In this document: piece after piece, positions 11,525-21,021 of the stretch | How positions within the stretch are numbered: the first letter of the stretch is position 1 | Layout: each line of letters starts with the position of its first letter | Assembly (NCBI GenBank): GCA_026414725.1 | Contig: JAOAIL010000002.1 | Coordinates: forward strand, 120,783 to 184,782 | DNA length: 64,000 bases | Direction of reading: 5' to 3' | DNA from: a bacterium | GTDB taxonomy: Bacteria; Ratteibacteria; UBA8468; B48-G9; JAFGKM01 | Notes under the pieces: generated by a model | Seen by the model: the letters and a program-made list of their open reading frames with translations, nothing else | Database searches by the model: none | What the model was told of the DNA's origin: nothing | Translations under genes and position numbers: made by a program

Positions 11525-12886
11525 ATGAGCGATAGAATAAAAAATGAATTACAGATAAGTGTTGCAGGTATAAGAGGAATATACCCTGACTTTCTCACCT
11601 CTGAAATTGTCTTTAACTTTGGGGTAGTATTTGGAAGTTATGTAAAAACAAAAAAAGTTCTTGTATGTTGTGATACAAGAAAAAGTGGTAGGTCATTAAA
11701 GGATGCTATAATCACAGGTATTTTATGTACAGGCAAAGATGTTGTTGACCTCGGAATCGCACCTACACCTGAAATGGGATACATAATAGAAAAAGAATTG
11801 GGGGGTAGATCTACAGGAATAGTAATTACAGCAAGTCATAATCCTCAAGAATATAATGGTATAAAATTCTTCTCTGAAAAAGGGACATTTTTGAATGAAG
11901 TGGAGATGAAAAAACTTCTAGATATCTATTATAAAAGGTCTGTTATTGTATCAAAGGAACCAGGATTTCTTTCTTCAGAAGAATATACTGACAATTATTT
12001 CAAAAGCATATATAAAGTAGTAGATGCTGAAAGAATAAGAAAGAAAAAATTTAAGGTTGTGGTTGATGTATGTCAGGGAGTAGGTGCAATCATCACAGAA
12101 GAATTTTTGAGAGGACTCGGTTGCGATGTAAAAATAATAAATAAGGACCCCATAGGTATTTTTGCCCATAATCCTGAACCACTACCAGAAAATCTTCTTA
12201 CTCTTTCTGAACAAGTTATAAAAGAGAAGGCAGATATTGGATTTGCTCAGGACCCTGATTGTGACCGTCTGGCTATTGTTTGCGAAGACGGGGTTATCCC
12301 TGGAGAAGAAATAGTTATTGTTCTTTGTACCAGAGATATTCTTGAATATCATAGGAAAGGAAATATTGTTGTTAATCTTTCTACTACATCACTTATAGAT
12401 GATGTAGTTAAGGATTCAGGAATTTCTGTTTATAGAACAAAGATAGGTGAGATAAATGTTGTTGAAAAAATGAAGGAAACTCATGCTGTCATAGGGGGAG
12501 AAGGAAATGGTGGGGTCATTTTTCCTGATGTACATTACGGAAGAGATAGTTTTGTCGGCATGGCTTTAATTTTAGAATATCTATCCTATAGAGAGAAAAA
12601 TATCTCTAAAATAATATATGAAATGCCAAAATACTTTATGATAAAAAAGAAGATAAACATTTCGGATAGAAAAAAAGTAGAAGAGATATTAAACAGGATT
12701 AGGAAACAGATAATAGATAAAGAAAACATAAATATGGAGGATGGAATAAAAATAATAAGAAATGATGGATGGATTCACATAAGGCCATCAGGAACAGAAC
12801 CAGTTATACGAATTTATGTTGAAGCCAGAAGTAAAAATATTGCAGAAAAATATTTATCGGAATTCGCTCAAAAAGTAGATACATAA
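11525..12886 (+). CDS. Alpha-D-phosphohexomutase (phosphoglucosamine/phosphomannomutase family)
   Basis: Phosphoserine loop TASHNPQEYNGIK, metal loop DPDCDR and sugar loop GGEGNGG. Confidence 0.85.
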   Translation: MSDRIKNELQISVAGIRGIYPDFLTSEIVFNFGVVFGSYVKTKKVLVCCDTRKSGRSLKDAIITGILCTGKDVVDLGIAPTPEMGYIIEKELGGRSTGIVITASHNPQEYNGIKFFSEKGTFLNEVEMKKLLDIYYKRSVIVSKEPGFLSSEEYTDNYFKSIYKVVDAERIRKKKFKVVVDVCQGVGAIITEEFLRGLGCDVKIINKDPIGIFAHNPEPLPENLLTLSEQVIKEKADIGFAQDPDCDRLAIVCEDGVIPGEEIVIVLCTRDILEYHRKGNIVVNLSTTSLIDDVVKDSGISVYRTKIGEINVVEKMKETHAVIGGEGNGGVIFPDVHYGRDSFVGMALILEYLSYREKNISKIIYEMPKYFMIKKKINISDRKKVEEILNRIRKQIIDKENINMEDGIKIIRNDGWIHIRPSGTEPVIRIYVEARSKNIAEKYLSEFAQKVDT

Positions 12887-12908
12887 ACCACAAAAAATAA
12901 CAATAGGA

Positions 12909-13565
12909 CTATCTCTTCCTTGTGTTATCTCTCCTTTTATAAAAATCTTCTATACATCTTACTGCTTCTTTAGGCTCTTCCACAACTCTGAAAATATCCA
13001 TATCCATACGGTCTATATATCCCTTACTTACAAGTACTTCATCCATCCATTCAATAAGTCCTTTCCAGTATTCAATACCTATAAGTACCACAGGGAACCT
13101 ATGAATTCTTTCTGTCTGAATAAGTGTTATTGTTTCTGAAAATTCATCCAGTGTTCCAAACCCACCTGGAAAAATAATAAAACCTTTTGCATATTTTACA
13201 AACATAACCTTTCTTGTAAAAAAATATCTACATGATATCAATGTTTTTATATATGGGTTGGGCTTTTGTTCATGTGGAAGTTCAATATTTATTCCTATTG
13301 ATTCACCTTTACCAAGTACTGCACCTAAATTTGCTGCTTCCATAATCCCGGGACCACCTCCCGTAATAACAGCATATCCTTTTTCTGCAAGTAATCTCGC
13401 TGTCTCCACTGCCTTTTTATAATATCTATCGTCTTTCCCAACATTAGCAGAACCCCATATAGTTACAGCATTTTCTATCTTTTCAAGTGTTTCAAATCCA
13501 TCTACGAACTCTGACATTATTCTGAATATTCTCCACGCATCTGATTCATATCCTTTATTCCTCAT
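12909..13565 (-). CDS. LOG family (TIGR00730) nucleotide phosphoribohydrolase
   Basis: GGGPGIMEA and PGGFGTLDEF motifs. The start is moved to the ATG at 13565, which has AGGGAGG 4 nt upstream. The track ORF begins at 13595. Confidence 0.85.
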   Translation of the reverse strand: MRNKGYESDAWRIFRIMSEFVDGFETLEKIENAVTIWGSANVGKDDRYYKKAVETARLLAEKGYAVITGGGPGIMEAANLGAVLGKGESIGINIELPHEQKPNPYIKTLISCRYFFTRKVMFVKYAKGFIIFPGGFGTLDEFSETITLIQTERIHRFPVVLIGIEYWKGLIEWMDEVLVSKGYIDRMDMDIFRVVEEPKEAVRCIEDFYKRRDNTRKR

Positions 13566-14844
13566 TTTTCCTCCCTGCTTCTTTAACAGGGTCAACTATT
13601 AAAAACAAATCCTCATATCTTCGTACTATAACCTCTTTACCTTCAGGAATTTCTCCGAAAGTACTCCTCGCTCTCCAGTATTCTCCCTGAATAAAAATAA
13701 GTCCTTCCGGTTTTAATGCCTTTACAACCCTTCCAATTTCTCCAATAAGTCCTTCTTTACCTGTAACGATTTTCCTATTCTTTGTTTTTAACATGAACCA
13801 TATAGCAAACGATAGTATAAGAGGTATTATTATTGTCAAGCCGATTATTAGGAAAATTGATATACCGGATTCTCCTTCTGGTCTGAAAAGGAAAAATGAA
13901 CCTAAAAACAATGTTATGGTACCGGATATTATAAACAATCCGAAAGAAGGAGTAATTGCCTCTATAACGAATAGAATAAAACTTACTACAATAAGTAATA
14001 ATCCTGCAATATTAATAGGTAAGGTATGAAGAGCAAAAAAGGCAAGTATAAGAGAAACTGTACCAACAATACCCGGAAGACCAACACCAGGATGATAAAG
14101 TTCAATCAAAATTCCTAACATTCCTATTGTTAACAAAAGATAAGCAATATTTGGGTCAGAAATAGTTTTAAGAATACGTTCTTTAAATGTCTCTTCTGGT
14201 GTCAGTAGCCGAATATCCTTTGTTGATAAAACTACCTCTTTGAACTCATTAACCTTTATAATTTTTCCATCAACAGATACCAGAAGTTCTTCTATATCAT
14301 TAGCAACTATATCTATAACATTATCTTTAAGTGCTTCTTCTGCTGTAGAAGAAATACTCTCTCTTACTGCTTTCTCTACCCACTTAAGATTTCTTCCACG
14401 GTAGGCAGCAATACTTTTAATAAAACTAACTGTGTCATTTACTACCTTTTCTTCCATCTTATCTTCCTGTTGTCCTGTAATTGTTACAGGATGAGCAGCA
14501 CCTATATTTGTTGCAGGGGACATAGCTACAACATGACAGGAAAGTACAATAAAAACCCCTGCTGAAGCACACTGTGCTCCTTTAGGATAGACATAGGCAA
14601 TAACAGGAATATTGGAGGAAAGTATCTCCTGAACAATTTTTCTTGTAGAAGAAAGAAGTCCACCTGGAGTATCAACTATCAATAAAACAAAATCTGCATT
14701 ATTCCTCTCAGCAAGGTTAAGGGTATTCTTTATCTGATAGTAAGTAATAGGACCTATAGCACTATCTATATTAAGTTTATATGCAATCTTCTCGGCTGAT
14801 AAAAATCCCGTTATACAAAAAAGTAATAATAATATCTTCCTCAT
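13555..14844 (-). CDS. Membrane-bound ClpP-class serine protease, long-form NfeD
   Basis: Signal peptide MRKILLLLFCITGFLSA, a ClpP-like N-domain, 4-5 TM helices and a C-terminal OB-like NfeD domain. The start is trimmed to the Met at 14844. Confidence 0.8.
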   Translation of the reverse strand: MRKILLLLFCITGFLSAEKIAYKLNIDSAIGPITYYQIKNTLNLAERNNADFVLLIVDTPGGLLSSTRKIVQEILSSNIPVIAYVYPKGAQCASAGVFIVLSCHVVAMSPATNIGAAHPVTITGQQEDKMEEKVVNDTVSFIKSIAAYRGRNLKWVEKAVRESISSTAEEALKDNVIDIVANDIEELLVSVDGKIIKVNEFKEVVLSTKDIRLLTPEETFKERILKTISDPNIAYLLLTIGMLGILIELYHPGVGLPGIVGTVSLILAFFALHTLPINIAGLLLIVVSFILFVIEAITPSFGLFIISGTITLFLGSFFLFRPEGESGISIFLIIGLTIIIPLILSFAIWFMLKTKNRKIVTGKEGLIGEIGRVVKALKPEGLIFIQGEYWRARSTFGEIPEGKEVIVRRYEDLFLIVDPVKEAGRKNEE

Positions 14845-14952
14845 ACTTTTATAATACCACATTCTCAATATAAATGTAATCTCTGTTTTGACAGTGAGAA
14901 TACATAATAGTAAAATTGTAAACACGTATATTTATACGTTGAGGGGGAGTAT

Positions 14953-16512
14953 ATGAAAAAAGTTGAAATATATGATACAACTCTTCGTGACGGAGCACAG
15001 GGAGAATCTGTTTATTTTACTCTTAATGATAAACTGAAAATCGCTGAAAAATTAGATGAGTTTGGTATTGACTTTATTGAAGGTGGATGGCCAGGTTCAA
15101 ATCCAAAAGATATTGCTTTTTTTAAAAAGGTCCGCCATAAAAAATTTAAAAATGTAAAAATTGTTGCATTTGGCAGTACAAGGAGAAAAAACCTTACTGC
15201 AGATAAAGACCCATTTCTTAAACAACTCATTGAGAGTGGAACAGAATATATCACTATATTTGGCAAATCATGGGACCTTCATGTAAAAGATGTTTTAAAA
15301 ATCTCACTTGACGAAAACTTGAAACTTATAGAGGACTCTATAAAATTTCTTAAGTCAAAAGGAAGATATGTTTTCTTTGATGCAGAACATTTTTTTGATG
15401 GATATAAAAAGAATCCTGCATATGCTTTTAAAACACTTATAGTTGCTGAAGATGCAGGTGCGGATAAGATAATTCTATGTGATACAAACGGTGGTTCTTT
15501 ACCTTTTGAAATAGAAGATATAGTAAAGAATATTTCCTTGAAAATTAAAATACCGATAGGTATTCATGCTCATAACGACTCAGGAGTAGGTATTGCAAAC
15601 TCTATCGCAGCAGTAAAAATGGGTGCAAATCATGTACAAGGGACTATGAATGGAATTGGAGAAAGATGTGGAAATGCTGATCTTTCCGTAATTATACCAA
15701 TACTACAGTTAAAAATGGGATACAGATGTGTGGATACAGATAAACTTGTTCATCTTACAGAAGTATCCCGTTTTATATATGAGGTTGCCAATATCATACC
15801 TCCAAATTCTCAACCTTTTGTAGGTATGAGTGCGTTTGCACATAAAGGTGGAGTCCATGTAGATGCTGTTAATAAAAATCCTGAAACATATGAACATATA
15901 GACCCCGCTAAAGTTGGAAATGAAAGAAGAATTCTTATTTCAGAACTTTCAGGCAAAAGTACGATATTGCAGAAAACAAAAACGTATAATCTTACAAAGA
16001 AACCTGAACTTATTAAAAAAATTTTAGATAAAATTGTAAATATGGAAAATAATGGCTATCAATTTGAAGCAGCAGATGCCTCCTTTGACATTATAGTGAG
16101 AAAAACTATAGGTGAGTATAAAAAACTTTTCACTGTGGAAGGATTTAGAGTTATTGTAGAAAAGCGTGGTAATAAAGTTGTATCAGAAGCCACAGTAAAA
16201 GTTAAAGTAGATAAATATGTTGAACATACTGCCAGTGAAGGCAATGGACCTGTCAATGCTCTTGATAATGCCCTGAGAAAAGCACTGGTTAAGTTTTATC
16301 CTGAAATTGAAAAAATAAAACTTACTGATTATAGAGTAAGAATACTGCATCCTGAAGATGCTACAGCGGCGATAACAAGAGTAATAATAGAAAGTGCAGA
16401 TGAAACTGGTTCTTGGGGAACAATAGGAGTCTCAGAAAACATTATTGAAGCATCTTTACTAGCATTGCTTGATAGTATTGAATATAAATTACATAAAACA
16501 AGAGTAAAATAA
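14953..16512 (+). CDS. cimA: Citramalate synthase / 2-isopropylmalate synthase family
   Basis: YDTTLRDGAQ, a HxH metal site (GIHAHND), about 520 aa with a C-terminal LeuA-dimer-type domain. Confidence 0.8.
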   Translation: MKKVEIYDTTLRDGAQGESVYFTLNDKLKIAEKLDEFGIDFIEGGWPGSNPKDIAFFKKVRHKKFKNVKIVAFGSTRRKNLTADKDPFLKQLIESGTEYITIFGKSWDLHVKDVLKISLDENLKLIEDSIKFLKSKGRYVFFDAEHFFDGYKKNPAYAFKTLIVAEDAGADKIILCDTNGGSLPFEIEDIVKNISLKIKIPIGIHAHNDSGVGIANSIAAVKMGANHVQGTMNGIGERCGNADLSVIIPILQLKMGYRCVDTDKLVHLTEVSRFIYEVANIIPPNSQPFVGMSAFAHKGGVHVDAVNKNPETYEHIDPAKVGNERRILISELSGKSTILQKTKTYNLTKKPELIKKILDKIVNMENNGYQFEAADASFDIIVRKTIGEYKKLFTVEGFRVIVEKRGNKVVSEATVKVKVDKYVEHTASEGNGPVNALDNALRKALVKFYPEIEKIKLTDYRVRILHPEDATAAITRVIIESADETGSWGTIGVSENIIEASLLALLDSIEYKLHKTRVK

Positions 16513-16545
16513 CCATCTTATAGATTTTTCTAATCACTATATATA

Positions 16546-17130
16546 TCATTCTTCTTCAACTGTGGGTTTTAGAAACAATGAACATTCTCTTCTGATATTT
16601 TCAAAATATTTTATGTAATATTCTGCCAGTTTTGGCGAATATATAATCACAGATGTTTCATTATTCTTTTCCATTGCCGAATATGACCAATTCGCACTTC
16701 CTACTATAACATATTTTCTGTCTATAACAAGCATTTTTGAATGTGTAGTCCTATCAGGTGGAGAAAAATATACGGATATACCATTATTGGAAAGATATCT
16801 TGCTGTTTTCAAATTCTCAACAGTTGCATGAGAAGAATAGTCCTTATCTGACTGGTTAAATATAATCTCTATTTTAACACCTCTCTTCTTTGCTTCTATT
16901 AATTCCTTCAAAAAGATATTTGTTGGACTATCAGAGTATTCAGGATAATAACTTGCAAGAAACATTATTATATATACTGAATAACGTGCTTCTTTTAACC
17001 GTGGTAAAAGTAATCTCTGATAATCACGATTATTCGCGGGAAAAATCCTCCCTTCAAAGATATCTGATGGAACTGCTAAAGTTTGAAAGAAGAAAAAAAT
17101 ACATATAAAGGCTATTGTTAATTTACGCAT
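16546..17130 (-). CDS. Secreted single-HKD phospholipase D superfamily protein (Nuc-like)
   Basis: N-terminal signal peptide and one HKD motif, HSKMLVIDRKYVIVGSANWS; 194 aa. Confidence 0.75.
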   Translation of the reverse strand: MRKLTIAFICIFFFFQTLAVPSDIFEGRIFPANNRDYQRLLLPRLKEARYSVYIIMFLASYYPEYSDSPTNIFLKELIEAKKRGVKIEIIFNQSDKDYSSHATVENLKTARYLSNNGISVYFSPPDRTTHSKMLVIDRKYVIVGSANWSYSAMEKNNETSVIIYSPKLAEYYIKYFENIRRECSLFLKPTVEEE

Positions 17131-17986
17131 TTTTTTTATCCTGAAACTTTCTTATAAGGGTATGAATATCCAATTTGTTTTGATAAATAGCTTTTCCTAT
17201 AATAACTCCATCGGGCTTATATTTCATTTTTTGAAGAATCTCTATATCTAATTCACTGGTAATTCCCCCCGAAATAATAATTTCATCGGGTTTTTCAGAA
17301 AAATTATAAATTTTATTTAAGATATCTTCCACAGAATTTTTATCCATTCCATTGAGTGTTCCATCTTTCTCAACATTGGTAATAATAAATCTTCTAAAAC
17401 CCTTTTTTAACAATTTTGTAATCACATAATAAGGAGTTAAGGGGAGAGTAACTTCCCACCCACTCAGGGCTATTTCATCTTTAATGTAATCAACAGAAAC
17501 TATAATTTTTTCTTTCAATTTATTATCTATTTTGTCAATAAGGTCTATTTCAGGAATTTCTTTCTCTTCATTAAATACCTTACCTGACTGTTGATAAAAA
17601 AGTTTAATCTCATTTTTAAGAAATCCCTCTTCCATTGCTACAGGTATTAGAATAGATGTCCCCAGTATTGTATAGTCAACTCCTTCTTCAATAAAATATC
17701 TGATCTGAGAATATCTCCTTAATCCTCCACCAACTTGAATTTCACAGGTATTATCATAAATATCTCTTATTTTCACTATCTTTTGCAGTACATCTTTTTC
17801 TTCTAACAATTGTCCTGTATGTGCACCCCATAAAAATATAATATGTAATCTTTTCACCCCAGCAGTAAGGAATCTACGGACAACTTCATCTGGTTTCACA
17901 TTATAATGTGAAATTTTATTGAAATCCCCTTTGTATAATCTTACTACTTCACTTCTTTTTAGGTCTATTGCTGGAATTATAAGCAT
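17123..17986 (-). CDS. HisA/HisF-family (beta/alpha)8 barrel protein, HisA-like with an insertion of about 40 aa
   Basis: IIPAIDL, VGGGLR, ALSGW and ISGGI motifs. At 287 aa it is longer than typical HisA. Confidence 0.7.
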   Translation of the reverse strand: MLIIPAIDLKRSEVVRLYKGDFNKISHYNVKPDEVVRRFLTAGVKRLHIIFLWGAHTGQLLEEKDVLQKIVKIRDIYDNTCEIQVGGGLRRYSQIRYFIEEGVDYTILGTSILIPVAMEEGFLKNEIKLFYQQSGKVFNEEKEIPEIDLIDKIDNKLKEKIIVSVDYIKDEIALSGWEVTLPLTPYYVITKLLKKGFRRFIITNVEKDGTLNGMDKNSVEDILNKIYNFSEKPDEIIISGGITSELDIEILQKMKYKPDGVIIGKAIYQNKLDIHTLIRKFQDKKNA

Positions 17987-19814
17987 CTACAATCCTTTCT
18001 GTAAACGTACACCTAGGGAAATTACTACATCCCAAAAATACACCATAACGTCCATTTTTCACTACAAGAGATGCTTTACATTTAGGACATACCCTATTTT
18101 CTGCTAAAACACGATTAAATATCTCATTGTATTCAGATACTTTCTCTTTTGCATTTTCTAACATAACTTTATATTTACTGTAAAATTCCTGTAATATATC
18201 TGTCCATTGTTTGTCACCTTCTGCAATTTTGTCGAGAGACTCTTCCATCTCTGCAGTAAAATCTATTTTGATTATTTCAGGGAAGAATCTCTCAAGAATC
18301 TCACAGACAGCTTTTCCTATTTTTAAAGGCACCAATGTGTTTTTCTCCTTCTTTATATATCCTCTATTGAAAAGAATTGAAATTGTAGGAGCATAGGTAG
18401 AAGGCCTTCCTATACCATTTTTCTCAAGTGCCTTTATTAAACTCGCTTCTGTGTATCTTGGTGGTGGATTTGTCTTATGCTGTTCTTTAAAATATTCTTT
18501 GACCTCTAATAATTCGCCTTTTTGAATATCACAAATAACACTTTCTCCTTCATCCACCTTTATATTCCATAATTTTGTAAAACCATCAAAAACAATTTCA
18601 TTGCTTTCTGCAATAAATCCATATCCTCCATTTTTTGCAATCAATTTTACATTTTTTACAACTGCCTCTTTCATCTGGCTAGCAACAAATCTTTTCCATA
18701 TCAAATTGTATAGTTTATACTGTTGCTCATTCAAAAATTGCTTCATCCTATCAGGTGTTCTAAATACAGATGTAGGTCTTATAGCTTCATGTGCTTCTTG
18801 AGCAGATGCTTTACCTTTATATATATGTGGTTTTTCAGGAATGTATTCATTACCAAACATTCCTTTTATATACTTCAATGCTTGGTCTCTCGCCTGCTTT
18901 GCTATAGCAGGAGAATCGGTTCTCATATATGTAATAAGACCTATATCTCCTTCGTCTGTTTTGATACCTTCATATAACTGTTGGGCTATTACCATTGTTT
19001 TTGAAGAGGAAAAACCTAGTTTTATAGATGCCTCCTGCTGAAGAGTACTGGTAATAAAAGGTGGATACGGTTTAATCTTTTTATCTTCTTCTTTTTTATC
19101 TACAACAATTAATACTCCTTTTTTCAAATCCTCTAATATATTATCAACCTCATTTTCATCTTTAAGTCCGTACTTTTCTATCTTCTTTTCTCCTATTTCT
19201 ATAAGAGTCATAAAAAAATCTCTTCCGTTTTTTATCCCATTTACTTTTATAATCCAGTATATCTGTGGAATAAAATTTTCAATTGCTCTTTCTCTTTCTA
19301 CTATCAATTTCAAAGCTACTGACTGAACACGTCCCGCAGAAAGACCTTTCCCAAGGAACGGACTTAATGTATATCCAACGATACGGTCAAGAATTCTCCT
19401 TGCCTGTTGAGAATTTACAAGGTCAATATATATAGAACGTGGAGAATCAAATGCTTTTTTTACAGATTCAGGGATAATTTCGTGAAAGACAACCCTTTTC
19501 ACATCAGAAGGATCTTTCCCTATAATATTTGCTATATGCCATGCAATCGCTTCTCCTTCTCTATCTTCATCTGTAGCGAGAAAAATATCTTTATATTGTT
19601 CAGCTGCCTTTTTAAGATTTGCCACTATCTTTTTTTTACCAGGTATAAGCACATATTTCGGCTTAAAATTATTTGCAATATCCACCCCCATCTCACCTTC
19701 TGGCAAGTCTCTAATATGTCCCATTGTTGCCATAATTCTATAATCCCTACCTAAAATACTCCCAATCGTTCTTGCTTTTGTAGGCGATTCTACTATTACA
19801 AGTCCTTTATTCAC
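17949..19814 (-). CDS. topA: DNA topoisomerase I (type IA)
   Basis: Toprim VESPTKA, DEDREGE, active-site LITYMRTDS and one C-terminal C4 zinc ribbon. GTG start with GAGGTG upstream. Confidence 0.95.
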   Translation of the reverse strand: MNKGLVIVESPTKARTIGSILGRDYRIMATMGHIRDLPEGEMGVDIANNFKPKYVLIPGKKKIVANLKKAAEQYKDIFLATDEDREGEAIAWHIANIIGKDPSDVKRVVFHEIIPESVKKAFDSPRSIYIDLVNSQQARRILDRIVGYTLSPFLGKGLSAGRVQSVALKLIVERERAIENFIPQIYWIIKVNGIKNGRDFFMTLIEIGEKKIEKYGLKDENEVDNILEDLKKGVLIVVDKKEEDKKIKPYPPFITSTLQQEASIKLGFSSSKTMVIAQQLYEGIKTDEGDIGLITYMRTDSPAIAKQARDQALKYIKGMFGNEYIPEKPHIYKGKASAQEAHEAIRPTSVFRTPDRMKQFLNEQQYKLYNLIWKRFVASQMKEAVVKNVKLIAKNGGYGFIAESNEIVFDGFTKLWNIKVDEGESVICDIQKGELLEVKEYFKEQHKTNPPPRYTEASLIKALEKNGIGRPSTYAPTISILFNRGYIKKEKNTLVPLKIGKAVCEILERFFPEIIKIDFTAEMEESLDKIAEGDKQWTDILQEFYSKYKVMLENAKEKVSEYNEIFNRVLAENRVCPKCKASLVVKNGRYGVFLGCSNFPRCTFTERIVDAYNSSNRPKKK

Positions 19815-19839
19815 AAAACACCTCTTTTTTATTTATTCT

Positions 19840-19867
19840 ATTATATTACTTTTTATTTCCTGGACAA
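19840..19867 (-). promoter_or_regulatory. Candidate sigma70-like promoter for topA
   Basis: The minus strand reads TTGTCC (19867-19862), a 16-nt spacer, then TATAAT (19845-19840), about 25 nt upstream of the GTG start. The background is AT-rich, so a chance match is possible. Confidence 0.3.
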
Positions 19868-19956
19868 ACAAGAGAAAGAGTAAAATAGATAAATTTAGTT
19901 CTAATTTTGTTTTTTACTTTTGACTTGTTATAATATCTTTTGTGGATGCCAGAACT

Positions 19957-21021
19957 ATGAAAATAGCCATTGTTACAGGACCGACTGGAGGACATTTCTT
20001 CCCAGGACTTGCTATTGCTGAACAGTTAAGGAATAAAAAGAATATTGAAATTTCTTTTTTTATACCTGGGAAAGATTATATTGTACGTTGGTTGAAACAA
20101 AAAGAGTTTAATTACAATATCATAGAAGATGTTAAAATCAGTATAAAAAAACCCTCTTCTTTTTTAAAACTTCTCTATCTCATATTTCGCACCTATAATA
20201 TTCTCTTAAAGGGGAAATTTGATATAGTGGTAATTACAGGAAGTTATACAACCTTACCTTTTTTATTAGCATCATTCTTCTGCAATAAAAAAATTTTTGT
20301 TCATGAACAGAACGTTATTCCAGGAAAAATTACAAAACTTTCTCTTTTTATAGCAGACAGAATAGCTCTATCTTTCCCTACCACCATAATTAATAAAAAG
20401 AAAGTTATAATTACTGGTTTTCCTGTCCCTGAGGATTTTAAAAAGAAATATCAAAAAAAAGATGTCCTCTTGCAGTTTAATTTCAGTGAAGAGAACAAAA
20501 CAGTTCTTATTCTTGGAGGGAGTCAAGGGGCATCTTTCTTAAATACACTGATAATTGAAAATATGGAATATTTAAGTAAAAAAAATCTTCAATTTATCCA
20601 TCTCGCAGGTGGTAAAGATAAAAAACAGATATCATCAGCATATCAGAAACATGGAGTAAAATTTCATGTTTTTGATTTTTACTTTGATATGGCTAATCTT
20701 TATAGCATAACAGATATAGTAATATGCCGTGCTGGAGCAGGAACACTTGCAGAAATTTGTGAGTGGAAAATTCCTGCGATTGTCATTCCTTATCCTTATG
20801 CTGGAGGACATCAAAGATATAATGCGATTTACTTTGCAAAACAAGGTGGTTGTAATATACTGGAACAAAGCCAGGACTCTATAAAATTATTTCCTTATGT
20901 CTTTGAAAAAACATTACAAGAAATGGATATTATTAAAGAACAGATTAAAAAAATATCAATTGTAGATAATAATAACAAAAATATAAATGCAATAATGGAG
21001 TTATTGAAAAATGGAAAGTAA
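19957..21021 (+). CDS. murG: Undecaprenyldiphospho-muramoylpentapeptide beta-N-acetylglucosaminyltransferase
   Basis: GPTGGHFFP and GGSQGA motifs in a GT28 fold. The start could instead be the GTG at 19942. Confidence 0.9.
   Translation: MKIAIVTGPTGGHFFPGLAIAEQLRNKKNIEISFFIPGKDYIVRWLKQKEFNYNIIEDVKISIKKPSSFLKLLYLIFRTYNILLKGKFDIVVITGSYTTLPFLLASFFCNKKIFVHEQNVIPGKITKLSLFIADRIALSFPTTIINKKKVIITGFPVPEDFKKKYQKKDVLLQFNFSEENKTVLILGGSQGASFLNTLIIENMEYLSKKNLQFIHLAGGKDKKQISSAYQKHGVKFHVFDFYFDMANLYSITDIVICRAGAGTLAEICEWKIPAIVIPYPYAGGHQRYNAIYFAKQGGCNILEQSQDSIKLFPYVFEKTLQEMDIIKEQIKKISIVDNNNKNINAIMELLKNGK

Noticed and set aside
14845-14925. 27-codon N-terminal extension of the NfeD ORF
   Set aside because: The internal Met at 14844 starts a textbook signal peptide (MRKILLLLFCITGFLSA). 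The extension would bury it and leaves almost no promoter space before divergent cimA.
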